NCBI GenBank assembly: GCA_009692265.1 | Contig: SHZM01000012.1 | Coordinates: 4,273-68,272 of the forward strand | From: Gammaproteobacteria bacterium | GTDB lineage: Bacteria > Pseudomonadota > Gammaproteobacteria > Ga0077536 | DNA length: 64,000 nt | Direction of reading: 5' to 3' | Part shown: positions 10,000-19,029 of the stretch, one piece after another | How the letters are laid out: the number at the start of each line of letters is the position of its first letter | Numbering within the stretch: position 1 is the first letter of the stretch | Translations under genes and position numbers: made by a program | Notes under the pieces: model-generated | The model's database searches: none | What the model was told of the DNA's origin: nothing | Seen by the model: the letters and a program-made list of their open reading frames with translations, nothing else

Positions 10000-11571
10000 C
10001 TAGTAAGCGAATTGTAAACGCAGTTCAAATAGATTCGGGTTGTCGCCGTCGTGCGCGCCGCCTTGAACGCCGAGCACATTTACGTAGTTGGCCATCACGC
10101 GGACATACGTATTCGGATACCAATTAACACCGAGTGTCAGATTGTCGATTTCACCACCGCCAACAGTGCCATCGTTCAAATGCAAGGTGCTATAGCGGGC
10201 CGCCAATTCCCATGCTCCCCACCCGTTGTACTTTGGATTGAACAACTCGAGTGGTGTGATGCCCTCGAAGACGCCTTTGTCACCGCGATAGTTACGTGAT
10301 TCTCCGGTCAGAAACCAACTGCCATACAAATAGAATCCGTCGAATCGCAGATCGCCGAAGCGATCACGACTAATTTCGCTGCGCGTGTACTCACCTTGCA
10401 GCGACCAGGGGCCGTAGACCCCCGCCGCTTCGGCTGCGGCCAGCACGTAGCTGTTTACGTCACCTGGAATGGTGCCGGTATCGACCAAGCGACCGTTGCT
10501 CTGACCGAAAGTCCGCCCGGCTGAAGAAATGCTTGTTCCAGCGGTGAGGCTATCCGACAAAATATTGCTTTCAGGTTTGGCTCGAAACACGACTGTTTCC
10601 TCAAACCTCGAGGCAGTACCCGCCACGAGCGTAGTCTGTTGTGGCGCTACCCAGGCGGTTGACAAGCCGAGATGTAACGCCCGGTCCGCTTCAAACCACG
10701 GTGCCCACGTAAACCGACCTGCCGCTTGCTGACCTTCGTCATCGTTATTTTGGCTCGTGACCGAGTCGCCGAAGAGTCCGATCGAACCGGTCCAGTTGTC
10801 TCCGTTTGTCGCCACCATCCCGCCAAGACGCCGCAGATTCACAAATGCGAAGGGTAAGCCACGCTCCATGAAGGTCAGGTACTTGCCGCTACTGACTGCC
10901 TCCAGGCCAAACGGGACCTTGAAGCTACCGGCCGTTACTACGAATGGGCGCAGACCATTCCAGCGGACATACGCGTCGGTGACAGAGACGTTATTGCTGG
11001 TTCCGCCCTGAGTCGTCACCGCAAAGTCCGCTTCCAACCTGTAATCCCAATCCGTAAACACAGTCCCGCCGATCGACATGCGGCCACGTCGTAACTCAGT
11101 GCCGCTCGAAGTGTCGGTTTCATCATCGCCGTAGACCGCGCTGTCCAGCTGAAAGTAGGCACCAAGCTGCGCGGTGAATGTTTTATCCTGGGTCTGGACT
11201 TTAAACCCATCCTTAAGCGCCGGTCGCGCCTCGGGGTTGGTCATTTTCTCCTGACCAGACTTCACACGTAGTACAGCAAACTGTTCTCGAGTAATCAGTT
11301 CATTGGCAAGTAGCACGTCGAGTACATTTTGATCACTCTGCGGGGTAGCTCGAACTGGTGACTTCGTAGGTTCGACCGATGCCTTGCGTAAGGCGTCGTA
11401 TTGCGCCTCGGAAATCAGTTTGTTGTTGCGCAAAATTTCCAGCAGCGCTTCTTCGTTTGCGATCGATGTGGTGGGAATCACTGCTGTAAACGCAACGACG
11501 CAGCAGCAGGCTACCGCGCGTATGTCTAGAGTCCTTAAAACCCCTGCGCCATATCCTAATTTCTTATTCAT
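10000..11571 (-). CDS. Phosphate/anion-selective porin, OprO/OprP family
   Basis: 523 aa with a signal peptide, a duplicated N-terminal LI(S/T)xxQ(Y/F) motif and a beta-barrel ending NLFELRLQFAY, which is typical of Porin_O_P proteins. Confidence 0.7.
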   Translation of the reverse strand: MNKKLGYGAGVLRTLDIRAVACCCVVAFTAVIPTTSIANEEALLEILRNNKLISEAQYDALRKASVEPTKSPVRATPQSDQNVLDVLLANELITREQFAVLRVKSGQEKMTNPEARPALKDGFKVQTQDKTFTAQLGAYFQLDSAVYGDDETDTSSGTELRRGRMSIGGTVFTDWDYRLEADFAVTTQGGTSNNVSVTDAYVRWNGLRPFVVTAGSFKVPFGLEAVSSGKYLTFMERGLPFAFVNLRRLGGMVATNGDNWTGSIGLFGDSVTSQNNDDEGQQAAGRFTWAPWFEADRALHLGLSTAWVAPQQTTLVAGTASRFEETVVFRAKPESNILSDSLTAGTSISSAGRTFGQSNGRLVDTGTIPGDVNSYVLAAAEAAGVYGPWSLQGEYTRSEISRDRFGDLRFDGFYLYGSWFLTGESRNYRGDKGVFEGITPLELFNPKYNGWGAWELAARYSTLHLNDGTVGGGEIDNLTLGVNWYPNTYVRVMANYVNVLGVQGGAHDGDNPNLFELRLQFAY

Positions 11572-11687
11572 GTTTTAAATTACACATATTTAGTGTTTGC
11601 CTGGTGCATTCCTCGATCCTAGAATACGCGGAGAAATTTTAAAAATTATAAATTTATGTTTTAAAATGCCTATTTTAATTTTATTCG

Positions 11688-12392
11688 ATGAATGAATTCG
11701 CGGACGCGGCGGTACTAGCTTCGAAACTCGTCCTGCATGCCGACGCCACGCTTTTGGAGATCGTCCGGCGCTCACTGGAAGTGAGTCTTGCCGCCGTTGG
11801 ATGTGCCTCGGTGCTCGGTCTCTCCGCGGGCGCGTTACTTGCGGTAACACGCTTTCCCGGACGAAAACTGTGCATAATCCTGACTAATGCCTTGATGGGT
11901 TTACCACCCGTAGTCGTTGGGCTACTGGTTTATTTGTCGTTGTCGCGCACCGGACCCTTTGGTGGATGGGGCCTGCTGTTTACTCCCACAGCAATGGTCA
12001 TTGCCCAGATCGTGTTAATCACACCGATCATTTGCGCGTTGAGTAGACAAACCCTTGAAGATTTATGGCTGGAGTACGCGGAACAATTGCGCTCTCTGCG
12101 TGTTACTGCATTCGGGTCATTGCGGACTTTGCTGTGGGAAGCGCGCTACAGCCTGCTCACCGCAATTCTTGCCGGGTTCGGTCGTGCGATTGCCGAGGTG
12201 GGCGCGGTACTTATCGTGGGCGGCAACATTGCGCATGTCACGCGCGTAATGACGACGACAATAGCGCTAGAAACTTCGCGTGGCGACTTGGCGTTGGCGT
12301 TAGCCCTAGGGTTTATCTTGATTACAATCGCGATGTTGGTGAATGGCACCACGTTCGTATTACGTGAATTGGCGGACTGCGATGCTCGTTAG
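11688..12392 (+). CDS. tupB: ABC transporter permease, tungstate/molybdate-type (TupB-like)
   Basis: 234 aa, multi-TM, BPD-type permease. It is the first gene of a permease-ATPase-binding-protein operon. Confidence 0.6.
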   Translation: MNEFADAAVLASKLVLHADATLLEIVRRSLEVSLAAVGCASVLGLSAGALLAVTRFPGRKLCIILTNALMGLPPVVVGLLVYLSLSRTGPFGGWGLLFTPTAMVIAQIVLITPIICALSRQTLEDLWLEYAEQLRSLRVTAFGSLRTLLWEARYSLLTAILAGFGRAIAEVGAVLIVGGNIAHVTRVMTTTIALETSRGDLALALALGFILITIAMLVNGTTFVLRELADCDAR

Positions 12393-13131
12393 CGCGCTAC
12401 CGATTCCGTTCCGGAATTCCTGCCCGATATTGCCGCTGACTTGCGTCGAAGTCGACTATCAGATCGGCACGACAGTATTACTAGAGGCACTATCTTTCAC
12501 GCTAAGCGCCGGCGGCCCAACGGTCATACTAGGGCCGAACGGCGCGGGTAAAACGCTCGCCCTGAAGCTATGCCACGGTCTTATCAACCCGACTCGAGGC
12601 ACTCTGCGGTGGAGCGACGCAGCGCACGATATGCCGGGTAGGCAGGCAATGGTTTTTCAACGTCCTGTAATGCTGCGGCGAAGCGTTGCCGCAAACATCG
12701 AATACGGGTTGGCGGTGCACAAGGTTCCCGCGCCACAACGCGCCGAGCGTGTGAAAACCATGCTCGAGCTGACCGGATTAGTTGCGCTAGCGGGTCGTTC
12801 GGCGCGCGTCCTATCCAGCGGAGAGCAGCAGAGATTGGCACTCGCGCGGGCGTGGGCGATGCAACCGGAAGTATTGTTTCTCGATGAACCTACGGCAAAT
12901 CTTGATCCTGCGGCAACTAGCGCGGTCGAAGAACTAATTATCGCAATCGCGGCAACCGGCACGAAAGTAGTGTTATCCACCCACGATTTACAGCAGGCGC
13001 GGCGCTTCGCCGCGCAAATTCTATTTCTACACCGCGGGCGATTGTTAGAAAGTAGCGCCGCCGACGATTTCTTCAAGCAACCGCGGAGCGCTGCGGCAAC
13101 CGCCTTTCTACGTGGCGAGCTTTGGTGGTAA
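12382..13131 (+). CDS. tupC: ABC transporter ATP-binding protein (TupC-like)
   Basis: Walker A GPNGAGKT, signature LSSGEQQR and Walker B LFLDEP are present. I prefer the ATG at 12382, which overlaps the permease stop (ATGCTCGTTAG), over the track start at 12343. Confidence 0.7.
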   Translation: MLVSALPIPFRNSCPILPLTCVEVDYQIGTTVLLEALSFTLSAGGPTVILGPNGAGKTLALKLCHGLINPTRGTLRWSDAAHDMPGRQAMVFQRPVMLRRSVAANIEYGLAVHKVPAPQRAERVKTMLELTGLVALAGRSARVLSSGEQQRLALARAWAMQPEVLFLDEPTANLDPAATSAVEELIIAIAATGTKVVLSTHDLQQARRFAAQILFLHRGRLLESSAADDFFKQPRSAAATAFLRGELWW

Positions 13132-13176
13132 ACGATCATTTCAAAAAACTTACGTCTGTCCACGGAGTATCAATAA

Positions 13177-14001
13177 ATGCGTCGTTCGCCGCTCGTCTGG
13201 ACCTTTGGGGTCTCGGTATTTTTTTTCAGTTTTGCGTCTGCGGGTAACTCGTTCATTACATTATCTTCCACCACCTCGACTCAAGCGTCAGGATTCTTCG
13301 ATTATATTTTGCCGCTCTTCAAACAGAAAACCGGTATCGATGTTCATGTCATCGCTGCCGGCACCGGGCAGGCATTGAGACTCGCCGAGAAAGGAGATGC
13401 TGATGCGTTGTTGGTACACGACAAGGCCGGCGAGATGAAATTTGTGAACGCTGGGTTTGGGGTCGATCGCCGAGAAATGATGTACAACGATTTTGTGTTC
13501 GTCGGGCCGAGGGCTGATCCGGCCGGGATCCGCGGGACTACGGATGCGGTGGCAGTGTTGAAAGCAATCGGCGCGCAACGCGCGACCTTTGTGTCTCGTG
13601 CGGACGATAGCGGCACGCACCGTGCCGAGCTGCGTCTGTGGGAGGAAGCGGGAGTCGACGCCCGGGCGGCGTCAGGTACTTGGTACAAAGAATTGGGCGC
13701 GGGTATGGGCGCCACCTTAAATACGGCGGCGGCGCTCGATAGCTACACTCTAAGCGACCGTGCAACGTGGCTGACGTTTCGGAATCGAGGCGATCTTGAG
13801 TTATTGGCCGAAGGTGATCCGCGTTTGTTTAATCAATACAGCCTCATTTTGGTTAATCCGCGGCGACATCCACACGTCAAGTTTAACGCGGCGAGTAAGT
13901 TCGTTGAATTCTTAACTTCGACCGAGGGGCAAAATGCCATTGGTGAATATGTGGTCGAGGGAACAGTATTGTTCAGGCCGAACTATCAAAAAGCGGAATA
14001 G
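13177..14001 (+). CDS. tupA: Periplasmic tungstate-binding protein (TupA-like)
   Basis: 274 aa with a signal peptide. It carries the TupA-type motifs SSTTSTQASG and AAGTGQAL..GDADALLVHD. Confidence 0.6.
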   Translation: MRRSPLVWTFGVSVFFFSFASAGNSFITLSSTTSTQASGFFDYILPLFKQKTGIDVHVIAAGTGQALRLAEKGDADALLVHDKAGEMKFVNAGFGVDRREMMYNDFVFVGPRADPAGIRGTTDAVAVLKAIGAQRATFVSRADDSGTHRAELRLWEEAGVDARAASGTWYKELGAGMGATLNTAAALDSYTLSDRATWLTFRNRGDLELLAEGDPRLFNQYSLILVNPRRHPHVKFNAASKFVEFLTSTEGQNAIGEYVVEGTVLFRPNYQKAE

Positions 14002-14170
14002 GATTATCGCATCGCGTATGTCGAAAAACGGTGCGCGCAAGGGGGCGTGCTGCACACGTCGTAGCGCGACTCACCTAGCCGGTGAAGTTCATTTGAAGCA
14101 CGAGCTTTAACTTGAAAATGAGTTTCCTAACAATGTTCAGCGATCAACGGTCTTTTCTAGGTCTAAGATA

Positions 14171-15691
14171 GTGCCCCCTCACGGTACTGAGTTGACGACG
14201 TTAGCGTGGTTCTGCGGTTGGTTGATCGCAGTCGTCGGCTTATTCACGCTCAGCGTGATTTTACCGTTAGCCCAGCGCGCGAGGGGTTGGCGCCGCTGGT
14301 GGCGGCGAGTTTGCTTAGGCGGGGCGGCCGTTTCAATCGTCGTGTTGGCGAATATTGCGCTGTCTCTACACGACGCGCATTTTGACCTGACGCGCGAGCA
14401 CGTTTTCACACCTGATCCCGCGGCGCTTGAGGTCGTCGCTCGACTTGCGCGTCCGGTGAGCATCACTTATTTCTATCGTACGCAAGATCCAAATGGAAAA
14501 CGTGCGAGCGGCATTCTGAAAATGCTCGCGCGACGCAATCCAATGCTTTCCGTGCGGACCATTGATCCCGATCTTGATCCGCGCTTGGCGGCAAGCTACG
14601 GAGTCACGATCAACAATGCGGCGGTGATCGAAGCAGAGGGACGACAGATCCTCGTGCGCAGCACCGATGAAACCGAGTTTGCGATCGGGATCCAGCGGGT
14701 CTTGCGTGAACGCACGGTCGAAGTGTGCTTTATCGAAGGCCACGGCGAATACGCAAGCACGAACTATGAGTTTCATACGCATTTGGATTCAGACGCCGGG
14801 CACAATCACGACGATGCGAATAGCGCGGTGATCGACACCACCCAGCATGGCTACGGCCGTTTCCGACGCTCGCTGGAAAGTATTGGGTACGACGTAAGGT
14901 TGATAGCGCTCGCCGATCCTGCCGGAATCCCGTCCACCTGTGAGGCGGTGATCGAAGCCGGCCCGCGAACAACCTATACGCCAGTTGAAAGCGCCGCACT
15001 TGCTGCTCACCTCGGCGCTGGGGGAAACCTTCTCTTAATGCTCGACGTGGGTTACGTCCTTGAACCTAGTCTGGCTGAGTTCCTGGAGAAACTTGGAGTG
15101 CTGCTGCCGCAGATTCAGATTAGTGACCCGCAAAATCATCAGGGCAACGATAGTACGATGGTCAGCGTGACCGCGTATGAACCGCATCCGATTACGCACC
15201 AGGTGTCGTTCACGTTTTTTCCTGGCGTACGCGCGTTGATTCTTGGGGATCAACCCACCGTGGCCTCATTTCCATTGGTGCGCAGTAGCGCGGCGAGCGT
15301 GGCTCATCCGTTTCGATTCGATAGAAATCGAGCAATTGTGACAAGCGCCGAGCCGATGCCGACGAGCGCCCCGACGTCACATATTCTTGCGGCAGCGGTC
15401 GAGGGCGTATTGTCCGCGAACGGCGAAGAGTTTCGCGCTGTCGTCGTTGGCGACGCTGATTTTGCGAGCAATTCGTTTTATCCCTACGCGGCAAACAGCG
15501 ATCTCGCGCTTGCCATCATCCGCTGGCTGTTGCATGAAGAGTCGGCAGTTGCAGTGCAATCGCGGATTCCAGTGCCTCCGTTATTGGTCTTGACGAACTC
15601 CCAGATGCAGCGTGTGTTCGTCTTGGTGGAGATTGCCTTGCCGCTTTTAGTTGTGTTGGCCGGACTCGTAATTTGGTGGCGAAGGCGATGA
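14171..15691 (+). CDS. GldG-like ABC-transport auxiliary protein
   Basis: 506 aa with N- and C-terminal TM helices flanking a large exposed domain. It has the GldG-family pattern (FYxxxDP..., GDADFASN). Confidence 0.55.
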   Translation: MPPHGTELTTLAWFCGWLIAVVGLFTLSVILPLAQRARGWRRWWRRVCLGGAAVSIVVLANIALSLHDAHFDLTREHVFTPDPAALEVVARLARPVSITYFYRTQDPNGKRASGILKMLARRNPMLSVRTIDPDLDPRLAASYGVTINNAAVIEAEGRQILVRSTDETEFAIGIQRVLRERTVEVCFIEGHGEYASTNYEFHTHLDSDAGHNHDDANSAVIDTTQHGYGRFRRSLESIGYDVRLIALADPAGIPSTCEAVIEAGPRTTYTPVESAALAAHLGAGGNLLLMLDVGYVLEPSLAEFLEKLGVLLPQIQISDPQNHQGNDSTMVSVTAYEPHPITHQVSFTFFPGVRALILGDQPTVASFPLVRSSAASVAHPFRFDRNRAIVTSAEPMPTSAPTSHILAAAVEGVLSANGEEFRAVVVGDADFASNSFYPYAANSDLALAIIRWLLHEESAVAVQSRIPVPPLLVLTNSQMQRVFVLVEIALPLLVVLAGLVIWWRRR

Positions 15692-16242
15692 AACTGCTGA
15701 CTAGCCGTTGGCGTTGGTTTTTCGCTACCGTAGCGATCGGGTATCTGGCGCTGATGTTCAGTACTGGACGTTTAGGGTCGCACGGTCATTTCAATCAAGC
15801 GGATACCACCGGCATACTGCGCGAACCACCCGCCGCCGTGACATCGTTGGATCTGATCCGCGCAGCGCGGACCGTTCATCTCGTTAAACGCGCCGGGATT
15901 TGGCAGCGCGACGATGGTACTGAATACCACACTCATACGCTTGAACACGTGGCGAGCGCACTGGGCTTCATGCATACCGCGCGCCCGGTGCGCGAGCTGG
16001 AAGAATTAGACGCGAAAAGGACCATTGAATACGGTCTAGAGCCGCCCCGCCTGACGGTCCAGCTCGGCAACGAGGTTGGAGTACTTCTGCGCTTCGAGCT
16101 AGGCGGTGTGAATCCGGATGGAATCTTGCGTTATTTACGGGTACCGGGTGCGGGAGGTGTGTACTTGATGTCAGGCTTCGTCGGCGAGGCGTGGGAGCAT
16201 CTGGCGGACGATCTGTTTGCCGACGAAGAAGAGGCTTTATAG
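15688..16242 (+). CDS. DUF4340-like protein
   Basis: An ATGA overlap joins it to the stop of the GldG-like gene. It has an N-terminal TM helix, and a DUF4340 protein is the usual partner of GldG-like proteins. Confidence 0.45.
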   Translation: MKLLTSRWRWFFATVAIGYLALMFSTGRLGSHGHFNQADTTGILREPPAAVTSLDLIRAARTVHLVKRAGIWQRDDGTEYHTHTLEHVASALGFMHTARPVRELEELDAKRTIEYGLEPPRLTVQLGNEVGVLLRFELGGVNPDGILRYLRVPGAGGVYLMSGFVGEAWEHLADDLFADEEEAL

Positions 16243-16321
16243 GGAAGCCCAACGGTCATTTCCGCGTGGACAATTCCGTATACTGGGCCCGACAACTACA
16301 CCAACGAGGAGGAGGTTACCA

Positions 16322-17218
16322 ATGCGACGAGATATTGAATTCAATGCTGATGGGGTGAAGCTTCGCGGCTGGTTTTACAAGCCCAACAAGGCCAAGGGTC
16401 CGTTCCCGACGGTTATCCTGGCGCATGGCTTTTCGGCTGTTAAGGAGATGTCGCTCGATAAGTTCGCTGAAGTCTTTTGTGATGCTGGGATGGCGGCGTT
16501 GGTTTATGACAACCGCTGTCTTGGCGCGAGCGAAGGTAAGCCGCGGGGTGAAATCGATCCGTCCTGGCAGCGCCGCGACTACCGCTCGGCGATTACTTAC
16601 GCGCAAACCTTGCGCGACGTCGACAAAAACCGCATCGGGATCTGGGGGACCAGCTATACCGGTGGAACGGTGTGCGCGGTGGCGGCGATCGACCGGCGCG
16701 TAAAGGCCGTTGTGAGCCAGGTGCCGTTCATGGTCGGACATAAGAACCTTCAACAGTTCTTGCCCATCGATGGATGGGTACCATTGCAGCAGATGCTCGA
16801 TGAGGATCGATTACGGCGGGTTAATGGTGAAAAGTCCAAAGTCTTGAAAATATGCACCTTGGATCCGAGCGAGCCGCACGTTTTTCCTGGGGACAAAACC
16901 TACAATTTCCTTCACTACTATGTGAACAAAGACCCAAAATCCAGCTGGAAAAACCAGGTCACTCTGCGTTCCATTGAGTACATGATGGAATATGACGTGT
17001 CGAGCTTCATGGAGCGGATCAGCCCGACCCCGTTGCTGATGATTCTCTCTGAGTACGACACGACGACGCCGAGTGACATCGCGCTGGAGTGTTACGCCAA
17101 GGTCGCTGGACCGAAAAAGTTAGTGATTATTAAATCCGATCACTACGCCGCCTATATCGAGAAGTTCGATGAGACGAGCATCGCGGCGAGAGATTTCTTT
17201 TTGGAGACATTGGCGTAG
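16322..17218 (+). CDS. Alpha/beta hydrolase
   Basis: AGGAGG precedes the ATG at 16322. The nucleophile elbow reads GIWGTSYTGG, and an HGF oxyanion region is present. The track start at 16217 is probably an over-extension. Confidence 0.75.
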   Translation: MRRDIEFNADGVKLRGWFYKPNKAKGPFPTVILAHGFSAVKEMSLDKFAEVFCDAGMAALVYDNRCLGASEGKPRGEIDPSWQRRDYRSAITYAQTLRDVDKNRIGIWGTSYTGGTVCAVAAIDRRVKAVVSQVPFMVGHKNLQQFLPIDGWVPLQQMLDEDRLRRVNGEKSKVLKICTLDPSEPHVFPGDKTYNFLHYYVNKDPKSSWKNQVTLRSIEYMMEYDVSSFMERISPTPLLMILSEYDTTTPSDIALECYAKVAGPKKLVIIKSDHYAAYIEKFDETSIAARDFFLETLA

Positions 17219-17363
17219 TAGGTCATCGACGCAGGTGCAAGAAATAATAAATCCCCGTTCGTCCTGAGGCATCGAAGGACTGGCGAGAAATCCTCGCCAC
17301 GAACGAAGCGTGGCGAGGGTGCGACCGCTCATCGCGAAGGAGCGTAGCGCGAACGTATCCGCG

Positions 17364-17999
17364 TTACGCAGCCGCGCTAGGCCGCGCCGAGACGGCCTTG
17401 TACCAACGCTGCGTATGCGTGTTAGCCGCGGGAATCGAGATTTCGATCCACTTATGGAAATCCACCGCGCATTGCGCAGTAATATCCGCCATGGAATAAC
17501 TGTCACCCACCAGGTATTCGGTTTTGGCGAGGGTGTGTTCCAGCCACTCATGGAATCGCTCGATGGTCTGCCTACCGCGCGCAACTAGTCCGGGGATCGC
17601 GGGAATCTTATGTTTGGGTCCACCAGGAATACTGCGGTCGATGAACTTCTCGTGTTTATTTCGGAAGGCTTCGGAGCCCGCGATCATGCCTTCGAATTCT
17701 GCTTTGCGTTGATACGATTCCACCAGCGCGCGTTCGACCGGGGTGCGACCGAGTAAATTCGGGGTCGGATAGAGTTCTTCGAAGTAGCGGCAGATCGCCA
17801 TCACTTCGTCAAAGCGGGTCCCGTCGTCGAGTTCCAGTGTCGGCAACAGGCCGCGTGAGTTGATCGCTAAATACGGCTCACGCAGATTTTCACCGTCAAG
17901 AATATTCACATCGATCATCGGAATCTTGATCCCTTTCTCTGCCATCAAGATCCGTGCGCGTCGTGGGTTTGGCGCCATTTTGCAATCGTAGAATTTCAT
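17364..17999 (-). CDS. Glutathione S-transferase
   Basis: 211 aa with a thioredoxin-like N-terminal domain and a helical C-terminal domain. It is the last gene of the minus-strand operon. Confidence 0.7.
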   Translation of the reverse strand: MKFYDCKMAPNPRRARILMAEKGIKIPMIDVNILDGENLREPYLAINSRGLLPTLELDDGTRFDEVMAICRYFEELYPTPNLLGRTPVERALVESYQRKAEFEGMIAGSEAFRNKHEKFIDRSIPGGPKHKIPAIPGLVARGRQTIERFHEWLEHTLAKTEYLVGDSYSMADITAQCAVDFHKWIEISIPAANTHTQRWYKAVSARPSAAA

Positions 18000-18012
18000 C
18001 TGGGGACCTCCG

Positions 18013-19020
18013 TCATTTGAATTTCGGTATGACTTCTTCAGCGAAAAGTTGCAGGTACTCGTTCATATGGCCTGCCGGCATACCCGGTGGCACGGTCCAA
18101 GTGTAATAGCGCTCGATACCCGTTGCTTCGACGTAGGACGCGATCGCGTCCACCGCCTGCGCCGGAGGCATGATATTCAAAATCCCCAGTTCAACCAACT
18201 GACTTGGATCGGACACTACCGGAAATAGCGCCTGGCCCGCGTCTCCCAGCCATTTGTTATACATCTCGATTTGATAAAGCACATGCGGGCCAACCTGCGC
18301 CAAGGTCCGGGTGGGATTGTTCGAGACGATCATCCAGAAATGGCCACCCGCGACCCGGGCTAAGTGGGATCGTCCCAGGCCCGCGAGCTCCTCGCGATAG
18401 ATTTTGACCATCGGTGCGATATCGCCGGTACCGAGATAGCCGTCGCCGATCCGTGCGGCACGTTTGGCAGAGGCAGGCGCGAAGCCCCCAACCCACAACG
18501 GCATCGGATTTTGCACTGGTAGTGGCGAGAGCTTCGCGTGTTCGATTTGATAATGTTTGCCGCTGTATTTCACGGTCTCGCCGCGCCACAGCGCTCGCAC
18601 AATTTCCAACCCTTCGTCCATGAGACCCGCACGATGTTGGCTGCGAAGGCCTAACCCAGAGAATTCCTGAGGCCGATAGCCAACCCCCACGCCAAGATCA
18701 AAGCGGCCGTTTGAGAGAATATCGATCGTCGCCGCGTCCTCGGCGACACGCACGGCATGGTGCAAGGGTAATAATAAGACGCTCGTGCCGATTCTGATCC
18801 GATGTGTGCGAGCCGCGACCGCGGCGGCAATCGGCAAAATGGATGGCGCATGTCCGTCTTCGCAGAAATGATGCTCGGTTAACCACACATCGTCGTAACC
18901 GATCGCTTCCGCCCACGCTATCTGGGCGAGAGTTTCGGCATAGATCTCGGGGTATGGTTGCGACCACCGCACAGGATTACGTAGCGAATACCATAAACCA
19001 AACTTTAATCCGTTAGCCAT
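18013..19020 (-). CDS. Luciferase-like (LLM class) flavin-dependent monooxygenase
   Basis: 335 aa with a TIM-barrel LLM pattern (WLTEHHF, GRFDLGVGVGY). Confidence 0.75.
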   Translation of the reverse strand: MANGLKFGLWYSLRNPVRWSQPYPEIYAETLAQIAWAEAIGYDDVWLTEHHFCEDGHAPSILPIAAAVAARTHRIRIGTSVLLLPLHHAVRVAEDAATIDILSNGRFDLGVGVGYRPQEFSGLGLRSQHRAGLMDEGLEIVRALWRGETVKYSGKHYQIEHAKLSPLPVQNPMPLWVGGFAPASAKRAARIGDGYLGTGDIAPMVKIYREELAGLGRSHLARVAGGHFWMIVSNNPTRTLAQVGPHVLYQIEMYNKWLGDAGQALFPVVSDPSQLVELGILNIMPPAQAVDAIASYVEATGIERYYTWTVPPGMPAGHMNEYLQLFAEEVIPKFK

Positions 19021-19029
19021 GGAGGTTCC

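Noticed and set aside
12584-13163. Antisense ORFs of 85 and 168 aa lie opposite the tupC ATPase gene.
   Set aside because: The opposite strand encodes a canonical ABC ATPase with Walker A, signature and Walker B motifs. The antisense translations have no recognisable motifs.
16217-16321. The ORF track gives long N-terminal extensions at 16217, 30764, 32152 (minus), 40990 (minus), 28063 (minus), 28286 (minus), 22902 and 57708 (minus).
   Set aside because: Internal ATGs that have Shine-Dalgarno sequences, or that overlap the stop of the upstream gene, give N-termini matching the conserved family starts. The extensions are Arg-rich and non-conserved-looking.
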